From Candidatus Aminicenantales bacterium (GTDB lineage: Bacteria; Acidobacteriota; Aminicenantia; Aminicenantales; UBA4085): a DNA stretch of 64,000 nt. The notes beneath the pieces are model-generated. The model saw only the letters and a list, made by a program, of their open reading frames with translations. It made no database searches and was not told where the DNA came from. Below, piece after piece: positions 1 to 8,065 of the stretch. Position 1 is the stretch's first letter. Each line of letters begins with the position of its first letter. Position numbers and translations under genes: made by a program. The stretch is from positions 1-64,000 of the forward strand of contig JBEKTZ010000010.1 in NCBI GenBank assembly GCA_049515535.1, read 5' to 3'.

Positions 1-322
1 GAACGCCGGAGTACATGAGCCCGGAGCAGGTCGAGGGGAAGGACATTGACCAGAGGTCGGATATCTATTCGCTGGGGGTCATTCTCTATGAGATGGTCAC
101 GGGGAGGCTTCCTTTTGCCGGCGATACACCACTCAGCGTCGCCCATAAGCACAAGTATGAAGCGCCAGAGGATCCGAAGAAACTCAACGCTCAGCTTCCC
201 GATGACCTTGCCCGGGTCATTCTCAAATGCCTGGCTAAGGATAGAGACAAGAGGTTTCAGAGTGCGGCCGAGCTCGGGACCGAACTTGGAAGAATAGAAC
301 AGGGCCTTCCCACGACGGACCG
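1..322 (+). repeat. Near-identical kinase-domain segment, copy 1 (copy 2 at 3083-3404)
   Basis: Manual comparison gives about 9 mismatches in about 322 nt at offset 3082. Confidence 0.9.
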
Positions 323-2426
323 AATCATCGGCAAGAGAAAAGCCCTGACGTCGAAGGAAATTACTGTAAAGTTCCGCCTCACGAAGGTCCTAGTTCCGGT
401 TTCGGCCTTCATAGTTCTTGTCCTCGCCGGCTTCGTCCTCTGGCGGGTCGTCCAGTCGAGAAAGCCCGCGCTGTCTCCGTCTGCCTCCGGGCAGCCTACC
501 CTCGCCGTCCTTTATTTCGAGAACAAATCAGGAGACCCGAAGTTAGATAACTGGCGCGATGGCCTGACCGAGCTGCTTATTGAAGCCCTTAGCCAGTCGA
601 GGTATATCCGTGTTGTCTCGAGCGACCAATTGTACACGATCCTCAAGAGACTCGGCTTGGCCGATGCCCGGAAATATTCGTCCGAGGACATCGAAAAGAT
701 TGCCGCCCAAACCCGGGCCACACATGTCCTCAGGGGCAGCTATATCAAAGCCGGGGAGAGTTTCATCATCACGGCCGGCCTGCAGAAGCCGGGCACGGGC
801 GAAAGCCCGATCGCGCTCCGGCTTGAAGCCCGCGACGAGAAAGATATTATCCCCAAGATAGATGAGTTGACGCGGCAGGTCAAAGAAGGGCTTAACCTGA
901 CCTCGGCTCAGATTGCCGGCGAAATTGAAAAAGAGGCTGGCAAGATCACAACCTCCTCTCCCGAAGCCCTCAAATATTATATCGAGGGCCGGAGACTCCA
1001 AGAGAATTATGAAAATGAAAAATCCATCGCCCACATGGAGAAAGCGGTAGCAATAGACCCCGAATTCGCCATGGCTTATCGATCCTTGGGCGTTGCGCAC
1101 CAGACGCTTGGGCATATGGATGAGGCGCGAAATTACTACAAGAAGGCCTTTGATCTGAGCGACCGTCTTCCTGAAAATGAGCGGTTGCTCCTCGAAGCTA
1201 TCTGGCATGATGTTGGGGAGGAAAACTTTGCGAAAGCCATCGAGGTCTTAGAAAGATTAGTGAAGATCTACCCCGGCCATATGCTGGGACATAGCTGGCT
1301 GGCCTGGAGTTATTATCATGCGGGCAACCTTGACAAAGCCATCGAACATCAGGAGTTCGTCGTCCAAAACGAAAAAACGGCAGACCAGGTAGCTGGCCTT
1401 GCTCAATATTATATGGCCAAAGGGCTTTATCAGAAAGTAGAAGACCTCTGCCGGTCCTTCCTCAAGGATGTCGAGGATAGTGCTCAAATTCACTTTTGCT
1501 TAGGCTATAGCTACCTTTGCCGGAGGCAGTTTGACCTGGCTATTGCCGAGCAGGAAAAAGCCTATCTCCTTAACCCTACATTGAAGGTTTGGATGGGCGT
1601 CTTCCTTCTCTGCAAAGACGATCTCGCCGGGGCGGACAAATACTCGGATGGCATCTCCCTCTTAACTCGAGGAAAATTCACCGAGAACATTAGCCTTAGC
1701 CAGCGGGACCTCGAGAAATCGAAAGGGGACAAAGAAAAGGAGAGAGACGCATACCGGGGATTGGCGGGTGCGCTGGAAAAAGCCGGTCGCTATGAAGAAG
1801 CCTATCAGGCGTTTGGTCAGTATCTGAGGCTCTCAGCCGAGTGTCGAAAATCGGCAGGCGAATCCGGCCTGCCTTATTTGCCAAGTCAGCAAAAGTCCGA
1901 CCTTTTCACCAAGGGACGTATTCAGGCGGAAGTGAAATTGTTCGATGAAGCCCTCAAGACTGCCGAGGAGCTAAAGTCTTTGATCGAGAAGGGCATCAAT
2001 ACGAAAGAGTTGCGGTGGTATGAATCCATCCTCGGGCTGATTGAACTTGGGAAGAAGAACTATCGTCAGGCCGCGGATCTCTTTAGCAGAGCATGCGGCC
2101 GGTTGGATTTCGAAAATTATAGTGAGGATGCTTTCGAGCAAGCCCCATACTTTGATGCCCTAGCCCGAGCCCTCTACGAATCTGGCGACTTGGACAAAGC
2201 TCGCAAAACATACGAGAAGATTACGCTTCTCACATTGGGCCGAATTAATGACGGCGATATCTACGCCAAGGCATACTACATGCTGGGAAAGATCGCCGAG
2301 CAGCAAGGGGATAAGGCCCGGGCCCGCGAGAACCATAACAAATTCCTCGATCTCTGGAAAGACGCCGACCCGGGCCTGCCCGAGGTTGCGGATGCTAAGC
2401 GGAGGCTATCGAATCTAGGAACATGA
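1..2426 (+). CDS. Membrane Ser/Thr protein kinase with extracellular TolB-N-like and TPR domains (5' truncated by window edge)
   Basis: Begins inside the kinase domain (TPEYMSPEQ, DQRSDIYSLG), then a TM helix (VLVPVSAFIVLVLAGFVLW), LAVLYFEN domain and TPR repeats; paralogue of the next gene. Confidence 0.9.
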   Translation, partial: TPEYMSPEQVEGKDIDQRSDIYSLGVILYEMVTGRLPFAGDTPLSVAHKHKYEAPEDPKKLNAQLPDDLARVILKCLAKDRDKRFQSAAELGTELGRIEQGLPTTDRIIGKRKALTSKEITVKFRLTKVLVPVSAFIVLVLAGFVLWRVVQSRKPALSPSASGQPTLAVLYFENKSGDPKLDNWRDGLTELLIEALSQSRYIRVVSSDQLYTILKRLGLADARKYSSEDIEKIAAQTRATHVLRGSYIKAGESFIITAGLQKPGTGESPIALRLEARDEKDIIPKIDELTRQVKEGLNLTSAQIAGEIEKEAGKITTSSPEALKYYIEGRRLQENYENEKSIAHMEKAVAIDPEFAMAYRSLGVAHQTLGHMDEARNYYKKAFDLSDRLPENERLLLEAIWHDVGEENFAKAIEVLERLVKIYPGHMLGHSWLAWSYYHAGNLDKAIEHQEFVVQNEKTADQVAGLAQYYMAKGLYQKVEDLCRSFLKDVEDSAQIHFCLGYSYLCRRQFDLAIAEQEKAYLLNPTLKVWMGVFLLCKDDLAGADKYSDGISLLTRGKFTENISLSQRDLEKSKGDKEKERDAYRGLAGALEKAGRYEEAYQAFGQYLRLSAECRKSAGESGLPYLPSQQKSDLFTKGRIQAEVKLFDEALKTAEELKSLIEKGINTKELRWYESILGLIELGKKNYRQAADLFSRACGRLDFENYSEDAFEQAPYFDALARALYESGDLDKARKTYEKITLLTLGRINDGDIYAKAYYMLGKIAEQQGDKARARENHNKFLDLWKDADPGLPEVADAKRRLSNLGT

Positions 2427-2436
2427 ACGGGATATC

Positions 2437-5400
2437 ATGAAATGCCCTAAGTGCCAAGCCGAGAATTCCGAGACCAAGCAGTTCTGCGGAGATTGCGGCA
2501 CCCCGCTTCCTTCCTCCAAGGTCATCCGCCCCGAAGTCACGGAAACCATTCAAACTCCTATCAAAGAGCTTACGACAGGCTCGACCTTCGCCAGCCGCTA
2601 TCAGATCATCGAAGAACTGGGCAAAGGCGGAATGGGCCGGGTTTACAAAGTCCAGGACACGGACATCAAGGAGAAAGTCGCCCTCAAGCTCCTCCGGCCC
2701 GAGATCACCCTGGACAAGGAAACGATCGAGCGGTTCTCGAACGAATTGAAACTCGCCCGCAGGATCAGCCACAGGAATGTCTGCCGTATGTTCGACCTGG
2801 GCAGGGCCGAGGGCACGACTTTCATCACCATGGAATTCGTCCCGGGAGAGGACCTGAAGAGCTTTATCCATAGATCAAAACATCTCAGCATAGGAACCGC
2901 AATATCCATTGCCAAGCAAGTGTGCGAGGGGTTGGAGGAGGCACACAGGCTGGGGGTTGTTCACCGAGATCTGAAGCCCGGCAATATCATGATCGACAAG
3001 GACGGGGATGCCAAGATCATGGACTTCGGAATCGCCCGGTCACTCTCGGGGAGAGGCATCACGGGCGCCGGGGTGCTGATCGGAACGCCGGAGTACATGA
3101 GCCCGGAGCAGGTCGAGGGGAAGGACATTGACCAGAGGTCGGATATCTATTCGCTGGGGGTCATTCTCTATGAGATGGTCACGGGGAGGCTTCCTTTTGC
3201 CGGCGATACGCCACTCAGCGTCGCCCACAAGCAAAAATACGACGCGCCAGAGGATCCGAAGAAGCTCAACGCTCAGCTTCCCGATGACCTTGCCCGGGTC
3301 ATCCTTAAATGCCTGGCTAAGGATAGAGACAAGAGGTTTCAGAGTGCGGCCGAGCTCGGGACCGAACTTGGAAGAATAGAACAGGGCCTTCCCACGACGG
3401 ACCGCGTCGTTCCCGTCCGAAAAACTCTAACCTCACGCGAGATCACGGTCAAGTTCACCTTGCGAAAGCTCGCCGTCCCGGTTTCCATTATCGTTGCGGT
3501 CGCGGCCGTCGCCGTCATCGTCTGGCGGATTCTGCCCCAAAAAAGGACTGCTCTGCCGGCCGGGGGCAAGCCTGTCCTGGCCGTGATGTACTTCAAGAAC
3601 AGCACCGGGAACAAAGCCTTCGACGTCTGGAGGGACGGGCTTTCTACGGCCCTCATCAGCGGTCTGTCCCAATCGAAATACATCAGCGTTTTGCCGGCCA
3701 ACGATGTTTACGGCATCCTGAAAAGGCTGAACCTCCTGGACGCCGCTAGCTACACCACCGAGGACCTCAAGAAAGCCGCGGCCGCGGGAAAAGCGAATCA
3801 CGTCGTGTCCGGGAGCTTGTCCAAGGCGGGAGACGCGTTCCGCATCGACTATTCGCTTCAGGATCTCACTCGGGAAAAGACGCTCGGCTCTGGCAGCGTT
3901 ACGGGGACCGGGGAAAACAGCATCCTGACCTCGCTGGTCGATGAGCTGACCCGGAAAATCAAGGTGGATCTCAATCTTTCATCACAAGAGATCGCCGCTG
4001 ATATCCATAACGGCACCGCAAAAATGACGACGAGTTCGGCTGAAGCCTTCAAATTTTATATCGAAGCCGGGCGGTTCCATCGGAATGGGCAATATCATGA
4101 AAGCATTGCCTTGATGGAAAAAGCCATCGCCTTGGACCCCGAGTTTGCCATGGCCTATCGAGAGATTGCAGTCTGCTATGGGAATATGGGATTCAGCGCC
4201 CGCAGGCGGGAATATATGGAAAAAGCCCTCAAATATGCCGACCGCCTGGGCGATTATGAAAAGTATATGATTCAGGCTCAGTATGCTCAAGCCTTGGGAA
4301 AGACGGCCGAGGCCATCGAAGCGTTTAAAAAAGGACTGGAGCTATATCCGAATGACGATGTTTTTTCGATAAACTTAGGGGGCCAGTATAACGATCTCGA
4401 AGAATTCGCGAAGGGCGTTGAAATTCTCGAGGTCTGTCGAAAAAATCGAAGTTCGAATTATTTAGTTTACCTCAATCTTGCGTTTTCCTATGCGGGTACG
4501 AATGATTATGGCCAAGCCGTGGACGTAATTAAAGAATATATTAATAACTTCGGAGATCTCGCTGCCGCCCACGTGGACCTCTTTGACTGTTACACTCAAT
4601 GGGGGAAATTGGACCTCGCTTTCGCCGAGGCCGATAAGGCCTTTTCCCTGGATCCAAATAACAAGCTCTCTATTCTAGCCAAAGGCGATATTCTCTATTA
4701 TCAAAACGATCTCGCGGCTGCAGAAAAAGAATATCGGCCGCTTCTCGAGGCCGCCGAGCCTGAAATCAAGGGGCAAACTATGTTCCGGTTCGCTTGTCTC
4801 CATCTTACCCGGGGCAAATTCCATAAAGCGATCGAACAGCTCGAGCAAGCAATCGCTTTGGCAGAAAAGGTCGGGGAAAAAACCTGGGTGGCTCAATTAC
4901 GTAGTTATCTGAGTGATTACTTCATTTGTCTAAAGGATTATCAAAAGGCCCTTGCATATAACAACGAAGTCTTGAAATATGCCGCGGAGAATAAAAGCCT
5001 CGACTGGAACCGGAATGGAATGTTCGTCCGATCCTGGTTTCTTGCCGAGATGCGGTCCATTCCTGAAGCCTTGAAAACCGCCGAAGAGCTCAAAAAACTC
5101 TACGAAGGCGACCTCAACAAGAAGCTCATCAGGAATTATTATGAGGTTATGAGCAAAATTGAGCTCGAGCGGAATGATTACGCTAAAGCGATCCGCTATG
5201 GCGAAGACTGCCTGGCTTTATATTCTTACGGAGAGCTCACATGGCCGGTTTATATTTATGATTTTTTGGGCCAGGCACACTACCGGAAAGGCGACATGGA
5301 AAAAGCCCGGGACGTTTATGAGAAAATCCCGACACTGACGACGGGCCGTCTCGATTTCGGGGATATATACGCCCGGAGCTTCTACTGGCTCGGGAAGATC

Positions 5401-5535
5401 TACGAGCGGCTGGGGAACAAGACGAAGGCCCTCGAGAATTACCGCAAATTCCTCGATCTCTGGAAGGGCGCCGACCCGGGCCTGCCCGAAGTCGAGGATG
5501 CCAGGGCGAGGCTGGCGGGGCTGAAAACGCCGTAA
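2437..5535 (+). CDS. Zinc-ribbon/Ser/Thr protein kinase/TM/TPR receptor kinase
   Basis: N-terminal CPKC...CGDC; LGKGGMGRV, VALK, HRDLKPGN, DFG, GTPEYMSPE motifs; TM helix; TPRs. Confidence 0.93.
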   Translation: MKCPKCQAENSETKQFCGDCGTPLPSSKVIRPEVTETIQTPIKELTTGSTFASRYQIIEELGKGGMGRVYKVQDTDIKEKVALKLLRPEITLDKETIERFSNELKLARRISHRNVCRMFDLGRAEGTTFITMEFVPGEDLKSFIHRSKHLSIGTAISIAKQVCEGLEEAHRLGVVHRDLKPGNIMIDKDGDAKIMDFGIARSLSGRGITGAGVLIGTPEYMSPEQVEGKDIDQRSDIYSLGVILYEMVTGRLPFAGDTPLSVAHKQKYDAPEDPKKLNAQLPDDLARVILKCLAKDRDKRFQSAAELGTELGRIEQGLPTTDRVVPVRKTLTSREITVKFTLRKLAVPVSIIVAVAAVAVIVWRILPQKRTALPAGGKPVLAVMYFKNSTGNKAFDVWRDGLSTALISGLSQSKYISVLPANDVYGILKRLNLLDAASYTTEDLKKAAAAGKANHVVSGSLSKAGDAFRIDYSLQDLTREKTLGSGSVTGTGENSILTSLVDELTRKIKVDLNLSSQEIAADIHNGTAKMTTSSAEAFKFYIEAGRFHRNGQYHESIALMEKAIALDPEFAMAYREIAVCYGNMGFSARRREYMEKALKYADRLGDYEKYMIQAQYAQALGKTAEAIEAFKKGLELYPNDDVFSINLGGQYNDLEEFAKGVEILEVCRKNRSSNYLVYLNLAFSYAGTNDYGQAVDVIKEYINNFGDLAAAHVDLFDCYTQWGKLDLAFAEADKAFSLDPNNKLSILAKGDILYYQNDLAAAEKEYRPLLEAAEPEIKGQTMFRFACLHLTRGKFHKAIEQLEQAIALAEKVGEKTWVAQLRSYLSDYFICLKDYQKALAYNNEVLKYAAENKSLDWNRNGMFVRSWFLAEMRSIPEALKTAEELKKLYEGDLNKKLIRNYYEVMSKIELERNDYAKAIRYGEDCLALYSYGELTWPVYIYDFLGQAHYRKGDMEKARDVYEKIPTLTTGRLDFGDIYARSFYWLGKIYERLGNKTKALENYRKFLDLWKGADPGLPEVEDARARLAGLKTP
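3083..3404 (+). repeat. Near-identical kinase-domain segment, copy 2
   Basis: Matches 1-322. Confidence 0.9.
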
Positions 5536-5611
5536 AGCCCCTAAATATCTTCTCTTTTGTATTTCAGAATTATTTCAATGTCCAAGACGCCGCCGGGCTT
5601 TTGATGCGAAT

Positions 5612-6166
5612 CTATCGATAGACCATGAATCCCAGCGCGGCGGCTCCCAGGATGACGAACACCGGGTTGATCCGGGTCAAAACGAGGATGGCGAAAACCA
5701 CGACGACGATGAGGACCTTGTCCCAGCCGCCGGCGAACGCCGCGATCCAGCCGTGTTTGTCCACGGAGAAGACGCTGTAGGCCATGGCATAGGCCGTCCA
5801 GAGCAAAAACCCGACCACTACGGGCCGCACGGCCTGGAGCATGGACTTCACCGCGGGGCTGTCCTTGACGCCGAAGAAATACACGATCATGATCATCATC
5901 AGGATCGTCGTGGGAAGGACCGTCCCCGAGACGGCGGCGATGGCGCCGGGAAGGCCGGCGAGCTTGTAACCGATATAGGCCGAAACTTGAGGCGCGATGG
6001 GGCCCGGCAGGGCGTTGCTGATGGCGACGGCGTCGGCGAATTCGGCCGATGTCGACCAACCGGCCATCGTCACTTCACGCTGCATCAGGGCCAGCGAAGC
6101 CGGCCCTCCGCCCCAGGAAAAAAGCGCCACGCGGGTGAAAAGGGCGAATATTTTAAGGATTAACAC
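5612..6166 (-). CDS. Chromate transporter (CHR family, short chain)
   Basis: FSWGGGPA and SNALPGP motifs, hydrophobic; GTG start at 6166 follows the RBS GAAAGGAGG. Confidence 0.85.
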   Translation of the reverse strand: MLILKIFALFTRVALFSWGGGPASLALMQREVTMAGWSTSAEFADAVAISNALPGPIAPQVSAYIGYKLAGLPGAIAAVSGTVLPTTILMMIMIVYFFGVKDSPAVKSMLQAVRPVVVGFLLWTAYAMAYSVFSVDKHGWIAAFAGGWDKVLIVVVVFAILVLTRINPVFVILGAAALGFMVYR

Positions 6167-6319
6167 GGGCCCTCCTTTCGATGAACCGTTTTCATGGAAA
6201 ATTATAGCATGAGCCGGAGAGATGCGGAAACCGGCCGGGACAAATCCCCGTGAAATCAACGAAATGGGCCGTTGTCAAAAGCCCGCCGAACGGGTTAGCA
6301 TAAGGAGAGAATACGATCC

Positions 6320-6428
6320 GTCAAGGGACGAGCCTTCGCGGCTCGCCACTCGCCCGTGGCTTATATCGACAGGCGAGTACGGCGGAAATGGACCCCCGGG
6401 CAAAGCCCGGGGCCCCGCCTGCCGTCGA
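6320..6428 (+). repeat. Modular palindromic repeat, copy A (intergenic)
   Basis: GTCAAGGGACGAGCCTTCGCGG, hairpin ACTCGCC...GGCGAGT, GGCGGAA, hairpin CCCCGGGC-AAA-GCCCGGGG. Confidence 0.85.
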
Positions 6429-6450
6429 TATCGAACGAGAAGGAGGAGCG

Positions 6451-7233
6451 ATGAAGATTCCCATGTACCAGGTGGACGCTTTCACGGAGAAAATTTTCGG
6501 CGGCAATCCGGCCGCTGTCTGCCCTCTGGCGACGTGGCTTCCGACCGAAACCATGCAGGCGATCGCCGCCGAAAACAATCTGGCGGAGACCGCTTTTTAT
6601 GTCAAAGACAAAAATCGTTTCGAGATCCGCTGGTTCACGCCCGCGATCGAAATTAACCTGTGCGGCCACGCGACGCTCGCTTCGGCCCATGTCATCTTCA
6701 ATCACCAGGGCCATGCGGGACCCCGGATTTCCTTTTCATCCAAAAGCGGGGAACTGCGAGCGATAAAACAAGACGATCTGATCCACCTCGATTTTCCGGC
6801 GTACGACGCCGTTCCCGTCGCTGATGTCCCGGGCGCGCTCATCAGAGGCCTGGGGAAAAAACCGCGGGAGCTTTTCAAGGGCCGCGATTTTATGGCCGTG
6901 TTCGAGAAGGAAGAGGATATCCTTTCGCTCGCGCCGGACTTCGCCGAGCTCGCCGCGCTCGACTGCCTGGGGATCATCGCCACGGCAAAGGGCGAGCGCT
7001 GCGATTTCGTGTCCCGCTTCTTCGCTCCGCGGGCCGGCGTCCCCGAAGATCCGGTCACCGGCTCGTCCCACACGATGCTCATTCCCTTCTGGGCGAAGAG
7101 GCTCGGAAAAAACATTTTGCGAGCCGTCCAGCTTTCCAAGCGGCGGGGCGAATTGTTCTGCGAATATCGCGGGGAACGCGTCTTCATCGGCGGTCGCGCC
7201 GTGACGTTTTTCCAAGGTACGATCGAGATCTGA
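6451..7233 (+). CDS. PhzF family epimerase/isomerase
   Basis: YQVDAFT, GGNPAAV, ETAF, LCGHATLA, EDPVTGS motifs; RBS AGGAGG at 6441. Confidence 0.92.
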   Translation: MKIPMYQVDAFTEKIFGGNPAAVCPLATWLPTETMQAIAAENNLAETAFYVKDKNRFEIRWFTPAIEINLCGHATLASAHVIFNHQGHAGPRISFSSKSGELRAIKQDDLIHLDFPAYDAVPVADVPGALIRGLGKKPRELFKGRDFMAVFEKEEDILSLAPDFAELAALDCLGIIATAKGERCDFVSRFFAPRAGVPEDPVTGSSHTMLIPFWAKRLGKNILRAVQLSKRRGELFCEYRGERVFIGGRAVTFFQGTIEI

Positions 7234-7245
7234 CGCCGAGCGGCA

Positions 7246-7929
7246 TCAGGCGAAGACGATGTCTTCGATCTCTTCGGGCGAATCCACGAGGTAAGTCGGG
7301 TTCTTTTTCCGGAGAACCTCTTTGCGATGAAAGCCCCAGCTCACCGCGATGACGGCGATGTTCGCTTTCTGGCAGGCTTCGATGTCGCGGGCTTCGTCGC
7401 CGACGTAAACGACCTCGTCTTTCTTGAGGTCGTGTTCTTTCATCAAGTGGATCAGCGCCCGGTTCTTGCCGAAGAGACTGGATTCGGTATGGATGAAATC
7501 GAAGAGGTCCAGGTTTTTGGCCTGGAGAAATTTATGGACGTTCTCTTGGGAGTTCGAAGTGAGAATTCCGAGCCGCAGTCCGAAACGCTTCAGGCCCAGG
7601 ATCAAGTCCCGGATCCCGGGAAAGAGAAGGACCTGGTCGATCTTCTGATAAAGCTCTTTTTGCGATTTCAGGACCAGGCGCGGCACCTTGACGAGAGGAA
7701 TCCGGAACTTTTTGATGATGTCCAGGTTGGACATGCCCCTGAGTTCCTCGACGTCTTTTTCGGCCAGAGGCTTGATCTTCAGCTCGTCCGCGTGCTCGTT
7801 GACCATGCGGATGATCGCGGAGAGCGTGTCGGCGATCGTGCCGTCGAAATCAAAAATCAGGGTAAAATAGAGCGGCTGTTTTAAGGCGGAAGCGCCTATC
7901 GTCATTAGTTGAGGCTTCTTCTCGGGCAT
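7246..7929 (-). CDS. HAD-superfamily hydrolase (phosphoglycolate phosphatase-like)
   Basis: FDFDGTIADT, LTSN, YVGDEARD motifs; start uncertain (7929 or 7905). Confidence 0.85.
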   Translation of the reverse strand: MPEKKPQLMTIGASALKQPLYFTLIFDFDGTIADTLSAIIRMVNEHADELKIKPLAEKDVEELRGMSNLDIIKKFRIPLVKVPRLVLKSQKELYQKIDQVLLFPGIRDLILGLKRFGLRLGILTSNSQENVHKFLQAKNLDLFDFIHTESSLFGKNRALIHLMKEHDLKKDEVVYVGDEARDIEACQKANIAVIAVSWGFHRKEVLRKKNPTYLVDSPEEIEDIVFA

Positions 7930-8065
7930 ATCAGCATGATCCACTCGATAGTTTACCGCCGATCTCCCGCCTGAGTCAATCAGAATTAGCGCTGACCGTT
8001 TTATGAGCAAATTGCACTCTAGCGCCTTAACGTGCAATAATAAGCCGGGTTGAAAAAATAAATCC

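Noticed and set aside
1..3404. Kinase repeat as a diversity-generating retroelement TR/VR pair
   Set aside because: No reverse transcriptase in the window, and mismatches are not adenine-specific but mostly at third codon positions
6388..6450. N-terminal extension of the PhzF ORF through repeat copy A
   Set aside because: A strong RBS and a family-typical start lie at 6451, so copy A is treated as intergenic
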